DNA of 62,658 bases, filler included. It is 7 parts of 7 records of this genome, joined end to end, with 100 filler letters (N's around TTAATTAATTAA, not from the genome) between each part and the next. Parts side by side here need not be neighbours in the genome. Positions count along the whole stretch, not along the records: positions 14,940 to 21,512 come from DRR723986_14783; positions 21,613 to 33,152 come from DRR723986_14793; 5 more parts are not named here. One strand, written 5' to 3'. A program made the translations under genes and the position numbers. Below the pieces are notes generated by a model. It made no database searches and was not told where the DNA came from. It saw nothing but the letters and a program-made list of their open reading frames with translations. Position 1 is the first letter of the stretch. Each line of letters begins with the position of its first letter. Shown piece after piece: positions 18,522 to 29,316 of the stretch.

Positions 18522-20153
18522 ATGAAATTGACGCTCAAAAAATTACTCCTGACCGCCTTCGTGGTCACTTCCATTCTTACGGCCGCTGTTGGCGGACTTG
18601 GTTTGTACAACATGAACCAGATCAATGACGCGTCACGCGCAATTTACGATCGCGAGTTGATGGGGCTTTCTTATATCAAGGACGCAGGTATTCATCGCGC
18701 CGCAGCAGCGCGTGACTGGCGAACCATTCTGATTGCCAAGGACGAAGAAGCGCGCAAAAAGGCCCGTGCAGGTCTGGAAGGACGCTTTACCAAACTGGAA
18801 GAAGTGATAGAAAAGGCTGACCCGCTTTTCATTTCGCCCGAGGGGCGTGAGCTGATTAAACAGGTTCGCGAAAAGCACAAAAACTGGTTGAGTGCCACGC
18901 GAGCCCTGGCCGATGCCGCCGAGAAAGAGCCCTACATGGTTTTACCCGCTGAATTCTTGGCCACCTGGAAAGTTCAAGGTCAACATGCCAAGGAAACAGA
19001 TGAACTCTTCGACCAATTGACCGCCAACAAGGAAGAGAATGCGCTGAAGACGGTTGGATTCATTGAAAGCCTTTATGAATCTTCCAAATGGACATTGACT
19101 GTGTTCGTACTGTTTGCATTTGCTGCTGGGATTTCACTGGGCTTCCTGATCACTCGCAACGTGATGCGACAAATTGGTGGTGAGCCTTCCTATGCGGGTG
19201 ATCTGGTCAAACGGATTGCTGATGGTGATATGACTGTCGATATTCAACTGGCCAAAGGTGACAACACCAGCTTGTTGCATGACATGAAAAAAATGACTGA
19301 GCGTTTGGCGGGAGTGGTTACCGAAGTCCGGGCAAGTTGCGACAGCCTGGCCACAGCCAGCGAGCAGGTCAGTGCAACCTCTGGAAACTTGTCCAATGCA
19401 ACAAGTGAGCAGGCTGCGAGTGTGGAAGAAACCACGGCGTCCATTGAACAAATCAGTGCGTCAATTACCCAGAACTCCGACAACTCACGTGTGACATCCG
19501 ACATTTCAACCAAGGCTGCTCGCGATGCAGAAGAGGGTGGCAAGGCTGTAGCAAGCACAGTGGAAGCCATGCGCAGTATTGCTGACAAGGTCATGATTAT
19601 CGATGACATTGCTTATCAAACCAACTTGTTGGCCCTGAACGCAGCGATTGAAGCGGCTCGTGCAGGTGAGCATGGCAAGGGATTTGCCGTGGTGGCCACT
19701 GAGGTACGCAAACTGGCTGAGCGCAGTCAGGAAGCAGCGCAGGAAATTGGCAAATTGGCTGAGTCGAGTGTGGATGTGGCCGAGAAGGCCGGTACTTTGC
19801 TGAACAAAATTGTTCCGGACATCAAGCGCACCAGTGATTTGGTTCAGGAAATAACCGCAGCCAGTGATGAGCAAAAATCAGCGGGACAGCAAATCAGCCT
19901 GTCTATGACCCAGCTTAGTCAGATTACTCAGCAAAACGCCAGTGCCAGCGAAGAATTGGCGGCCACTGCTGAAGAGATGAATGATCATGCTGCGCAGTTG
20001 CAAAACCTGGTGGCGTTCTTTAAAACCAACAGCCAAGAAATGAGCCGCATCAGCAAAGTGGCACATGGCAAGGCAAGGCACGGTGTGTCGTCAATGAGGG
20101 GTGGCACTGGCAACGCCGTAGCAAAAACCGATGACGAGTTTGGTGAATTCTGA
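18522..20153 (+). CDS. Methyl-accepting chemotaxis protein (2 TM, four-helix sensor, signalling domain)
   Basis: [41 protein letters not shown]-terminus EFGEF. Confidence 0.95.
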   Translation: MKLTLKKLLLTAFVVTSILTAAVGGLGLYNMNQINDASRAIYDRELMGLSYIKDAGIHRAAAARDWRTILIAKDEEARKKARAGLEGRFTKLEEVIEKADPLFISPEGRELIKQVREKHKNWLSATRALADAAEKEPYMVLPAEFLATWKVQGQHAKETDELFDQLTANKEENALKTVGFIESLYESSKWTLTVFVLFAFAAGISLGFLITRNVMRQIGGEPSYAGDLVKRIADGDMTVDIQLAKGDNTSLLHDMKKMTERLAGVVTEVRASCDSLATASEQVSATSGNLSNATSEQAASVEETTASIEQISASITQNSDNSRVTSDISTKAARDAEEGGKAVASTVEAMRSIADKVMIIDDIAYQTNLLALNAAIEAARAGEHGKGFAVVATEVRKLAERSQEAAQEIGKLAESSVDVAEKAGTLLNKIVPDIKRTSDLVQEITAASDEQKSAGQQISLSMTQLSQITQQNASASEELAATAEEMNDHAAQLQNLVAFFKTNSQEMSRISKVAHGKARHGVSSMRGGTGNAVAKTDDEFGEF

Positions 20154-20179
20154 TACGCATTCGCAGACTGGAGTCGGTC

Positions 20180-21247
20180 ATGAAATTCATGAGAAATTGG
20201 TTTTCAAAGCTCGGTAAATCGGGTGATGCACACTGCTTAGAGGAAAAGCTCGCCGTCGTTGTTGAAGCGAATTCCAAAGCAGAGTCCTTGATTGAATCGA
20301 GTCACCTGAACTTGAAGGATCTGGCAGAGCGCTGGGCACCCACTTTGTGTTCACAGTTGAATACAGCGAATGGGCAAATGGAACAGGGGGTGGTGAAACT
20401 GACTTCCGCTTTTTCATCGATCCACGAACGCCTGAACGAAACCATGAGCCTCGCCACAGAGGCGGCTGGAATTATTGGTCAAGCGGGTGGAGTAGATCAA
20501 AGCTTGATTAATCAGTCCCAGTCGAGCCTGGAGGCCATGCAGCAAAAGATTCGCCAGGCCTTCTTCGAGAAATCGCAATTGATGGACGAGGTGAAAGGTT
20601 TTATCGCCTCGACCGAGGAGCTCAGCAAGATGGCTTCTGCGGTGGAGGACTTGGCCGCAAAAACCAATTTGCTGGCCCTGAATGCTGCCATTGAAGCTGC
20701 TCGCGCTGGTGAGGAGGGTCGTGGCTTTTCAGTGGTGGCTGATGAGGTCCGAAAGCTTTCAAATCAGTCGGCTCAAACCGGTCAGCAAATTCGCACCCGC
20801 ATTCAGCAAATTGCAATCGCTGCGAGAAAAGCCAGTGAAGGTGCCATTCGCATGGAGGCCTCGGATCAAGCCCTGCTCTCGGATTCAGAGCAAACCTTCA
20901 AAGCGGTGATTCAACAATTCGAAGCTGTCACTCGCCCATTACAAAGTGCGAGCGACGGCATAGTCAAAAATACGGGCTGTGTGAGTCAGGAACTTAGTGC
21001 CGCGATTGTTCATTTTCAGTTTCAAGACCGCGTCAGTCAGATCATCGGTCATGTGGATCACAGCCTGAAACAGTTTGGTGAGCAATGCATCACCGGACTT
21101 GAGGCGATTTCAGTGGGCGATTTGATGCACACGCTTGAAAGTGGCTACACCATGGCCGAAGAGCGTGAGAACCACGGCAGCGGCACTGCCAGCAACAAAC
21201 CCACAAAGTCCGGAAAAACAGGCAGCGATGAGCTGACCTTTTTCTGA
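20180..21247 (+). CDS. Soluble MCP-signal-domain protein
   Basis: [33 protein letters not shown] and FQFQDRVSQ; no TM segment; ends DELTFF. Confidence 0.85.
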   Translation: MKFMRNWFSKLGKSGDAHCLEEKLAVVVEANSKAESLIESSHLNLKDLAERWAPTLCSQLNTANGQMEQGVVKLTSAFSSIHERLNETMSLATEAAGIIGQAGGVDQSLINQSQSSLEAMQQKIRQAFFEKSQLMDEVKGFIASTEELSKMASAVEDLAAKTNLLALNAAIEAARAGEEGRGFSVVADEVRKLSNQSAQTGQQIRTRIQQIAIAARKASEGAIRMEASDQALLSDSEQTFKAVIQQFEAVTRPLQSASDGIVKNTGCVSQELSAAIVHFQFQDRVSQIIGHVDHSLKQFGEQCITGLEAISVGDLMHTLESGYTMAEERENHGSGTASNKPTKSGKTGSDELTFF

Positions 21248-21263
21248 ATCAGGAGAATTGAAC

Positions 21264-21512
21264 ATGAGTAAAACAGTATTGGTGGTTGATGATTCCACCT
21301 CCTTGCGACAAGTGGTGGGTATGACCTTGAAGTCTCAGGGATTTGAAGTGATTGAAGGTTGTGATGGCAAAGACGCGTTGACCAAGCTGGACGGACGCAA
21401 GGTGCATTTGATTGTGAGCGACCTGAACATGCCAAACATGGATGGTTTGAGTTTTGTGCGGGAAGTGAAAAAGCTGCCCGACTACAAGTTCGTACCCATC
21501 ATCATGCTGACC
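21264..21512 (+). CDS. cheY: CheY-type response regulator, 3'-truncated
   Basis: VLVVDDS, SDLNMPNMDGL and YKFVPIIMLT motifs; follows the MCP genes. Confidence 0.85.
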
Positions 21513-21612
21513 NNNNNNNNNNNNNNNNNNNNNNNNNNNNNNNNNNNNNNNNNNNNTTAATTAATTAANNNNNNNNNNNNNNNNNNNNNNNNNNNNNNNN
21601 NNNNNNNNNNNN
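21513..21612. other. Artificial contig-joining spacer
   Basis: N44-TTAATTAATTAA-N44. Confidence 0.98.
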
Positions 21613-21694
21613 CCCGTGCTGCCCGAGCCATATCGGGAACAAACTGGCCAAACTGACCCTGCAACTGAGAAAAAATTTCCTGGGGCCCTTTCAT
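21613..21694 (-). CDS. Probable UbiK/YqiC-family protein, 5' end only (not in ORF track)
   Basis: Manual translation MKGPQEIFSQLQGQFGQFVPDMARAAR with GAGG RBS; this family commonly lies divergent from glnK. Confidence 0.5.
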
Positions 21695-21864
21695 CAATCA
21701 CCTCTCGTATCGGTTTTTCGGCGATATCAGACTATTTTCCGTGTCGCCGGGGTGTTTGCGGGAGTGTATCACACCCTACCCCCTGCCATACTGTACCCGG
21801 TCGGCATTATAATGGCCGCGGCCGATGGCCCGACTGCGCTGTTTTGAGACAATCACAGGCACAA

Positions 21865-21881
21865 TGCACCACAACAGTGCG
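21865..21881 (+). promoter_or_regulatory. NtrC binding site
   Basis: TGCACC-ACAAC-AGTGCG versus TGCACC-N5-GGTGCA, upstream of a sigma54 promoter. Confidence 0.75.
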
Positions 21882-21944
21882 TCAAGCTGCGCCATTTCGG
21901 CACAGACAATAATTAAGAGTTTGTTTTAAAAGCTATTTTTTGCG

Positions 21945-21961
21945 TTGGCATACCCGATGCT
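21945..21961 (+). promoter_or_regulatory. Sigma54 -24/-12 promoter of glnK-amtB
   Basis: TTGGCA-TACCCGA-TGCT (GG-N10-GC), preceded by an AT-rich tract. Confidence 0.8.
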
Positions 21962-21991
21962 AAAGCCCTCGTACGCAATCCGCACAATTGA

Positions 21992-22411
<420 letters not shown>

Positions 22412-22478
22412 TCCAGAACTGACACCTAGCCAACGCAAAAAACTTATAACCTGAAGAGCCTTGTGCGGAGGGCTTCCT

Positions 22479-23750
22479 ATGGAAAGCAATCTCTTTCACC
22501 TGCAGTATGCAATAGATACCTTTTATTTTCTCGTGTGTGGCGCATTAGTCATGTGGATGGCCGCAGGCTTTGCCATGCTCGAGTCCGGCCTGGTGCGTGC
22601 TAAAAACACCACCGAAATCCTGACCAAGAACGTCGCGCTCTTTGCCGTGGCCTGCACCATGTACCTGGTGTGCGGTTACGCCATCATGTACGGCGGTAAC
22701 GTCTTCCTCTCCGGCATCGCCGATGTGGACGTGGACGGCGTACTGGGTGACTTCGCCACCCGTGAAGACGGCTTCACCGGCGGCTCCATCTACTCAGCGG
22801 CCTCTGACTTCTTCTTCCAGGTCGTGTTCGTGGCCACCGCCATGTCCATCGTGTCCGGCGCGGTTGCCGAGCGCATGAAGCTGTGGGCGTTCCTGGTATT
22901 CGCGGTCTTCATGACTGGCTTTATCTACCCGCTGGAAGGCGCGTGGACCTGGGGTGGCGCCGATGTGTTCGGTATGTACAACCTCGGTGATCTTGGCTTC
23001 AGTGACTTCGCCGGCTCCGGCATCGTACACATGGCAGGTGCCGCTGCGGCCCTGGCTGGTGTACTGCTGCTTGGCCCGCGTAAAGGCAAATACGGCCCCA
23101 ACGGTGAAATCCGTGCCTTCCCGGGCGCCAACATGCCGCTGGCCGCTCTGGGTACCTTCATCCTGTGGATGGGCTGGTTCGGTTTCAACGGTGGTTCTGT
23201 ACTGAAACTCGGCGACGTAGCCAGTGCCAACTCCGTGGCCATGGTGTTCCTGAACACCAACGCAGCCGCTGCCGGTGGCGCTATTGCCGCCCTGATCACC
23301 GCTCGCCTGATGTTTGGCAAGGCTGACCTGACCATGCTGCTGAACGGTGCGATCGCCGGTCTGGTGGTAATCACCGCCGAGCCATCCACCCCGAGCGCGC
23401 TGACAGCCACTATCTGGGGCGCCCTGGGCGGCATCCTGGTGGTACTGAGCATCGTCACTCTGGACAAGCTGCGCATCGACGATCCGGTCGGCGCCATCTC
23501 TGCCCACGGTGTCTGTGGTCTGCTGGGCCTGCTGCTGGTACCGGTTACCAACGGCGATGTCAGCTTCAGCGGCCAGATCATCGGCGCCTTGACCATCTTC
23601 ATCTGGGTATTCGTAGCCAGTCTGGTCGTCTGGGGTATCCTGAAGGCTGTCATGGGCATCCGTGTGACCGAAGAGGAAGAGTACGAAGGTGTCGACCTCT
23701 CCGAATGCGGTATGGAAGCCTATCCGGAGTTTGTCAGCGGCAAGCAGTAA
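22479..23750 (+). CDS. amtB: Ammonium transporter
   Basis: DFAGSGIVH, WFGFNGGS and IDDPVGAISAHG (twin His); GGAGG RBS. Confidence 0.95.
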   Translation: MESNLFHLQYAIDTFYFLVCGALVMWMAAGFAMLESGLVRAKNTTEILTKNVALFAVACTMYLVCGYAIMYGGNVFLSGIADVDVDGVLGDFATREDGFTGGSIYSAASDFFFQVVFVATAMSIVSGAVAERMKLWAFLVFAVFMTGFIYPLEGAWTWGGADVFGMYNLGDLGFSDFAGSGIVHMAGAAAALAGVLLLGPRKGKYGPNGEIRAFPGANMPLAALGTFILWMGWFGFNGGSVLKLGDVASANSVAMVFLNTNAAAAGGAIAALITARLMFGKADLTMLLNGAIAGLVVITAEPSTPSALTATIWGALGGILVVLSIVTLDKLRIDDPVGAISAHGVCGLLGLLLVPVTNGDVSFSGQIIGALTIFIWVFVASLVVWGILKAVMGIRVTEEEEYEGVDLSECGMEAYPEFVSGKQ

Positions 23751-23770
23751 CACCGCTACCTATCGGAACG

Positions 23771-23799
23771 AAAAAGGGCGCCCTTGTGGCGCCCTTTTT
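23771..23799. terminator. Bidirectional intrinsic terminator
   Basis: AAAAAGGGCGCC-CTTGT-GGCGCCCTTTTT between convergent amtB and speE. Confidence 0.85.
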
Positions 23800-23813
23800 C
23801 TTTAAGCTCTGGT

Positions 23814-24695
23814 TCAACCCTCTTCCGGGCGAACCTCATCTTCCAGCGCATCCACCATAAACTGCGGCATGGCCAAGGCACCGTGGTGCACCCCGGCATT
23901 GTAGTAACGGGTGACAAAGGGGCGGTTGTTGGCATCTTCCTCGCGGAAATACTTCAGCGGGTTTTCCTTACTGCCCATGGTGCAGCTCCACCAGCCCGTG
24001 GGGTATACCGGCTGGGGGAATGGCAATGTCTGCACATGGCCAAAACCGGCTTTGTGCATATCATCGTGAATGTCCTTGATGATGGTATTGGTGTGCAGCA
24101 GGGGGGATTCGCTCTGCTGAACGATGATACCGCCCTCCCTCAGGGCCAACATGGCATCGCGATAGAAATCCAGCGCGAACAGGCCTTCCGCAGGACCCAC
24201 CGGGTCGGTACTGTCGATAATCAGCACATCAATGCTGTTCGGCTCGATATCACGCATCCACTGGATGCCATCACCGAAAAAGAAGTTGGCACGGGGGTCG
24301 CCATTAGCTTCGCACAGTTCTGGAAAATACTTCTCAGACATGCGGGTTACCCGCTCATCGATCTCCACCTGCCAGGCTTCCTGCACTCCTGGGTGCTTCA
24401 GCACTTCTTTCAGAGTGCCGCAGTCGCCACCACCGACGATGACCACTTTTTTCGGGTCCTTGTGGGTGAACAGCGCAGGATGGGTCATCATTTCGTGGTA
24501 CAGGAAATTGTCCCTGGTGGTCAGCATCACACAGCCGTCCAGAACCATCAGGTTGCCGAAGGTTTCGGTTTCATAGATTTCGAGTTTCTGAAATGGCGTC
24601 TGCTCTTCATGGAGCTTGCGCTTTACCTGAAGGGAAAAAGCGGTGCCCTGGTCCTGAAATACCTCGGTGAACCAGCCTTCGTTCAATGCGGTCAT
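23814..24695 (-). CDS. speE: Polyamine aminopropyltransferase (spermidine synthase family)
   Basis: WFTE, YHEMMTHP, GGGDCG and IIDSTDPVGPAEGLF motifs. Confidence 0.92.
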   Translation of the reverse strand: MTALNEGWFTEVFQDQGTAFSLQVKRKLHEEQTPFQKLEIYETETFGNLMVLDGCVMLTTRDNFLYHEMMTHPALFTHKDPKKVVIVGGGDCGTLKEVLKHPGVQEAWQVEIDERVTRMSEKYFPELCEANGDPRANFFFGDGIQWMRDIEPNSIDVLIIDSTDPVGPAEGLFALDFYRDAMLALREGGIIVQQSESPLLHTNTIIKDIHDDMHKAGFGHVQTLPFPQPVYPTGWWSCTMGSKENPLKYFREEDANNRPFVTRYYNAGVHHGALAMPQFMVDALEDEVRPEEG

Positions 24696-24833
24696 GTCTG
24701 TCTCCCACTGTGTGCCGCTGCAATGTGCCGGGGCATCTGAAAGGGGCGTATTGTAGGTGCAGTGGTCAGCTCCTACAATGCAGCCTGTTACCGGCCCGCC
24801 GGCCGCCCCGGGTTCCCTGACAGGATAGCAACA

Positions 24834-26747
24834 ATGGCTGAAACCGCTGCATCACCAGCCCACAAGGTCTACAACATCGCTCACTGGAGTGACGGATACA
24901 TTTCAGTCAACGGTCAGGGCGAGGTTGAAATCTGCCCGGACCGGGGCAGAAGCGACGCCCGCATCAACCTGCCGGCGCTGACTCGCTCGCTGGCCGAAGC
25001 CGGTGTGCCCCTGCCGGTTCTGATTCGCTTTACCGATATCCTGCACGATCGGGTCAACAAACTCTGCAATGCCTTCAACAAAGTCACTCAGGAGCAGGGC
25101 TACCGGGGCCGCTATACGGCGGTTTACCCCATCAAGGTAAACCAGCAGCGCCGGGTGGTGGAAGAACTGCTGTCAGCCGAACCGGCCGCCTCGGCCAACC
25201 AGGTGGGCCTTGAAGCCGGCAGCAAACCGGAGTTGATGGCCGTACTGGCGCTGGCAAAGCAGGCCGGTTCGGTGATTGTCTGCAACGGCTACAAGGACCG
25301 GGAGTACATCCGCCTGGCACTGATCGGCCAGAAACTGGGTCACCGGGTGTTTATCGTGGTGGAAAAGCAGTCGGAGCTGCCACTGATTCTGGAAGAAGCA
25401 AAAAAGCTGGGCATTTCCCCGCTGATTGGCGTGCGAGCCCGGCTGGCGACTATTGGCAAGGGCAACTGGCAGAATACCGGGGGCGAGAAATCCAAGTTCG
25501 GTCTGTCTGCCAGCCAGGTGCTGGATGTGGTGGATACCCTGAAACAGGCCGGAGCCCTGGGCACCCTGCAACTGCTACATTTCCATCTGGGTTCACAGAT
25601 TGCGAATATCCGGGACATCCAGACCGGCTTGCGTGAGTGCGCTCGTTTCTACACGGAACTGCACGCTATGGGCGCCCCCATCGGTACTGTCGATATCGGC
25701 GGCGGCCTGGGTGTCGACTACGAAGGAACCCGTTCCCGCAGTAGCTGCTCCATGAACTACAGCGTATTTGAGTACGCCTACAATGTGGTGCATGTGCTGC
25801 AGTCCGAGTGTGACCGCCAGGGTATCCCGCACCCGGACCTGATCAGTGAATCCGGCCGGGCACTCACCGCGCATCACTCAGTACTGGTCACCAATGTGAT
25901 TGACCGCGAATACCCGGACAACCGCGAGCCTACGGAACCCGCTACTGAGGCCCCCGCGCCGCTGCAGGATCTCTGGCGAGACCTGGAAAGTCTTCAGGAT
26001 GAAGGCTCGCCCCGCTCACTGGCGGAAATCTATCACGACATCCTGCACGCCATGGCCGATGTCCACGCCCAGTTTGCCCACGGTTTGCTGTCCCTGCAGG
26101 AGCGGGCCCAGGCCGAAACCCTGTACGTGCGCTGCTGCCGGATGCTCCGGGCCGAGCTGGACAGCGCCAACCGGGCGCACCGGGAAATCATCGACGAGCT
26201 GAACGAGAAACTTGCGGAGAAACTGTTCGTGAACTTTTCCCTGTTCCAGTCCCTGCCCGATGTCTGGGGCATCGATCAGATCTTTCCGGTGATGCCGATC
26301 AACGGGCTTAACCGGTCACTGAACCGGCGGGCCGTGATCCAGGATATCACCTGCGATTCGGACGGCCGGATTGATCAGTACGTGGACGGCCAGGGCATCG
26401 AAACCACCTTGCCACTGCCCGAACACGACCCGGAGTCCCCTTTGCTGATGGGCTTCTTCATGACCGGCGCCTATCAGGAAATCCTTGGCGATATGCACAA
26501 CCTGTTTGGCGATACCCACTCGGTGGACGTGAAACTGGACCAACAGGGGCAATATCAGGTGGGGGAACCCATTACCGGGGACACCGTGGCGAAAGTACTG
26601 CGTTATGTGAATTTCGAGCCCGCCAACCTGCTTGAGGCCTACCGGCAGAAGTTCCGGCACAGCGGCCTGTCTGAAGAGCTGCAGCAAACGCTGCTGGCCG
26701 AGCTGTCCTCCGGGCTTGAGGGCTATACCTACCTGGAGGAAGGATAA
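24834..26747 (+). CDS. speA: Biosynthetic arginine decarboxylase
   Basis: YPIKVNQ, GLEAGSKPEL, HFHLGSQI, DITCDSDG and GAYQEILGDMHNLFGD motifs. Confidence 0.95.
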   Translation: MAETAASPAHKVYNIAHWSDGYISVNGQGEVEICPDRGRSDARINLPALTRSLAEAGVPLPVLIRFTDILHDRVNKLCNAFNKVTQEQGYRGRYTAVYPIKVNQQRRVVEELLSAEPAASANQVGLEAGSKPELMAVLALAKQAGSVIVCNGYKDREYIRLALIGQKLGHRVFIVVEKQSELPLILEEAKKLGISPLIGVRARLATIGKGNWQNTGGEKSKFGLSASQVLDVVDTLKQAGALGTLQLLHFHLGSQIANIRDIQTGLRECARFYTELHAMGAPIGTVDIGGGLGVDYEGTRSRSSCSMNYSVFEYAYNVVHVLQSECDRQGIPHPDLISESGRALTAHHSVLVTNVIDREYPDNREPTEPATEAPAPLQDLWRDLESLQDEGSPRSLAEIYHDILHAMADVHAQFAHGLLSLQERAQAETLYVRCCRMLRAELDSANRAHREIIDELNEKLAEKLFVNFSLFQSLPDVWGIDQIFPVMPINGLNRSLNRRAVIQDITCDSDGRIDQYVDGQGIETTLPLPEHDPESPLLMGFFMTGAYQEILGDMHNLFGDTHSVDVKLDQQGQYQVGEPITGDTVAKVLRYVNFEPANLLEAYRQKFRHSGLSEELQQTLLAELSSGLEGYTYLEEG

Positions 26748-26774
26748 ATCGTCAGGACGGACGAAAAGGCGTGA

Positions 26775-27812
26775 TCAGGTCTGATTGTCCCGGCGCCAGG
26801 CCGAGGGCGACATTCCTTCCCACTTGCGAAAGGCCCGGCCAAAATTGGACGGGTCGCTGTAACCCAGATGCTCGGCGATCTCGTCAATGCTCATCGCCGA
26901 ATGGCGCAACAGCAGCTCCCGGGCCCGCTGATGTCGCACACTCTCCTGAAGACCATGAAACCCGCCACCCTCGGCGGAGAGCTGCCGCCGAAGCGTTCGT
27001 GGCGACACCCCCATTTGCTGCGCCACATCCTCGAGGCCGGGCAAACGCCCATCCCGGGCAGACTCCAGCAAACGCAAGACCCGATCGCTCACCGAGGCAG
27101 ATGCTTCCATCTGGCGCATTTCTTCCTCGCACTGGGCTTCTGCCACCCGGCGGGCAACCGGATTGGACAGTGACATCGGTAACCCCAGAAACGACTTGCG
27201 AAAGCGCAACTGGTTTACTCCCGCCGAGAACGTGACCTTGCCGCCGAACAGATACTGGTAGCGCTCAACATCATCGGGGCGAGGGTAATCCACCAGGCAC
27301 CGCCCGCCATCCAGTAACTGAGTGCCGAATAACAGGTAATTCACGTCCATCAGGGTGGCCATCACCACTTCAATATTAAACCGATGAAGCTTCTCGGTGT
27401 CGTGGTGAATTTCCAGCTGAATCACTGCATCCTCATCCTCGACGAAGAACGCCAGCGACATATAGGCGAACCGGATCCGGAAATATTTGATCAACACCGC
27501 CAGCGCCTGCTCCAGGGTGTCGCAACTGATGGCAGCCTGGGACAGGGCTCCGTGCGCGGTGAACTTCAGACGTTTGCCGTATTCCAGCCCCAGGCATTCA
27601 TCACCACAGCGGGTCAGTGCCTGCTGGCATAACGCCGTGAACTGGTCGAGCGTAATGAAATTGTCGGGATGACTGAGCTGGCTGTTTCGAATACCGGCCA
27701 CTGACACGAGATCCGAACGACGCACCCCACGCTCCTCTACCAACTGGCAGAGAATTTCAGCGTAATGCACCCGCATAACGGGCAAAGAGCCACTGGAGAG
27801 CGTTGCGTTCAT
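26775..27812 (-). CDS. AraC family regulator (OruR/ArgR-like N-terminal domain)
   Basis: C-terminal SPRTLRRQL and IAEHLGYSDPSNFGRAFRKWEGMSP. Confidence 0.9.
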   Translation of the reverse strand: MNATLSSGSLPVMRVHYAEILCQLVEERGVRRSDLVSVAGIRNSQLSHPDNFITLDQFTALCQQALTRCGDECLGLEYGKRLKFTAHGALSQAAISCDTLEQALAVLIKYFRIRFAYMSLAFFVEDEDAVIQLEIHHDTEKLHRFNIEVVMATLMDVNYLLFGTQLLDGGRCLVDYPRPDDVERYQYLFGGKVTFSAGVNQLRFRKSFLGLPMSLSNPVARRVAEAQCEEEMRQMEASASVSDRVLRLLESARDGRLPGLEDVAQQMGVSPRTLRRQLSAEGGGFHGLQESVRHQRARELLLRHSAMSIDEIAEHLGYSDPSNFGRAFRKWEGMSPSAWRRDNQT

Positions 27813-27935
27813 GGTCTGGAATTTTTGATCGTTGTTTTAACGATCAGACTAGCCCCTGCCGGGGCAACCGGCAATTACCCCGGTGACGCAGTTCTTCCGG
27901 CCTTCTGGCCATCCCGACAATTTTTTCGGAATCCA

Positions 27936-27962
27936 TGAATCCGCCCGGGAATCCATTGCGTA
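27936..27962 (+). promoter_or_regulatory. Putative autoregulatory sigmaE(ChrR-type) promoter
   Basis: GAATCC-N16-CGTA versus TGATCC-N16-CGTA. Confidence 0.6.
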
Positions 27963-28047
27963 AACACTCTCACTGACAAATCTGTGACGAGTGCATAGAA
28001 TGATGACCATAGCCAGCTCAAATACGATAACGGTCAAGGAGCGCCCG

Positions 28048-28647
28048 GTGACAACACTGGAGCAGCAACCAACGAAAACCGAAGGGCGCAAAGACCCTTG
28101 GGGTGTTTTGTTGGAAAAAGTCGGCAAACATCAGGATCGGGCGGCTTATCATGCTTTGTTCGAGCACTTTGCCCCGCAGATCAAGTACTACGCAATCTCG
28201 AACGGGCTGGCCAGCCACGCGGAAGAGCTGGTGCAGGAAGTCTTCGTCTCTATCTGGCGCCGTTCCTGTCTTTACGACTGGCGCAAAGCGGCCGCTTCCA
28301 CCTGGATTTTCACCATTGCCCGGAATCAGCGCATTGATATGCTGCGTAAAATGCAGCGGACCAGTGCTGAGATGGCGGTGGAAACCGAGGATCTCTGGCA
28401 GATTCCGGGTGATAACGAAGACGAACCAGTTACCTCCCTGCACCGCCTGATGTCCGAGCGGCGCATCCGGGAGTCGCTGAGCCAGCTCCCGGAAGAGCAG
28501 ATTACCGTAATCGCGAAGGTATATATGGAGCACAAATCCCACCAGATGGTGGCAGATGAGCTCAACATTCCTCTCGGCACCGTGAAAAGCCGGGTTCGCC
28601 TGGCACTGAACAAACTGAAAGTGATTTTGCAGGATCAAAACGTATGA
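28048..28647 (+). CDS. rpoE: ECF sigma factor (RpoE of the RpoE-ChrR pair)
   Basis: AEELVQE, STWIFTIARNQRID and IPLGTVKSRVRLAL motifs; GTG after AAGGAG; overlaps chrR. Confidence 0.88.
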   Translation: MTTLEQQPTKTEGRKDPWGVLLEKVGKHQDRAAYHALFEHFAPQIKYYAISNGLASHAEELVQEVFVSIWRRSCLYDWRKAAASTWIFTIARNQRIDMLRKMQRTSAEMAVETEDLWQIPGDNEDEPVTSLHRLMSERRIRESLSQLPEEQITVIAKVYMEHKSHQMVADELNIPLGTVKSRVRLALNKLKVILQDQNV

Positions 28648-29282
28648 CACGGCACCATCCCGACAGCCTGAGTCTGATGGAGTACAGTGCGGGCAACCTG
28701 AGCGAGCCCCATGCACTGTGCATCCGCCTGCATCTGGAGCAGTGCCCCCACTGCCGTAGCCGGGTCGATACTCTGAACAGCCTGGGCGCTGTCATGATGG
28801 ATCACCAGCCAAAGGTGACGGTGGCTGATTCGAGCTTTGAGCAACTGATGGCGCGTATCGATAGCTCCCCGCAAGTATCATCCCCGGTGGTTCCCCAGCC
28901 AAAGGTGAGCCCTCTGCAGAAACTGCTCGGGGATGACATCAATGCGCTGCCCTGGAAACGTCAGCTTGCGGACGTGAGTGTGCTCGACATTACCGACAAG
29001 TTTCCCGGCCAGAACGAGCGGGTCGTCCTGCAAAAACTGGTAGCGGGCGGCAAGGCGCCGGCCCATACCCACCGTGGCGATGAAACCACGATTGTGCTGC
29101 AAGGGGCTTTTGCCGACCAGAAGGGCGTATTCAATCAGTGGGACTTTGTGGTTCTGAACGAACAGGACGAACATCGTCCGGTGGCCGTCGGTTGCGAAGA
29201 CTGCATTACTCTGTCAGTGCTGAGCGCCCCCCTGAAGCTGACCGGGGCCTTCACCCGTCTGCTCAATCCGTTCCTGCGTTAA
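28644..29282 (+). CDS. chrR: ChrR anti-sigma factor (ZAS + cupin)
   Basis: HHP..L.EYSAG.L, HxxxCxxC (HLEQCPHC) and cupin HTHRGDE motifs. Confidence 0.92.
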   Translation: MTRHHPDSLSLMEYSAGNLSEPHALCIRLHLEQCPHCRSRVDTLNSLGAVMMDHQPKVTVADSSFEQLMARIDSSPQVSSPVVPQPKVSPLQKLLGDDINALPWKRQLADVSVLDITDKFPGQNERVVLQKLVAGGKAPAHTHRGDETTIVLQGAFADQKGVFNQWDFVVLNEQDEHRPVAVGCEDCITLSVLSAPLKLTGAFTRLLNPFLR

Positions 29283-29316
29283 CAGTGTGCTGCGGCGCCG
29301 CCGCAGCATGACTTCG

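Noticed and set aside
21616..21912. 98-aa plus-strand ORF
   Set aside because: Overlaps the minus-strand gene start and the NtrC regulatory region; not protein-like
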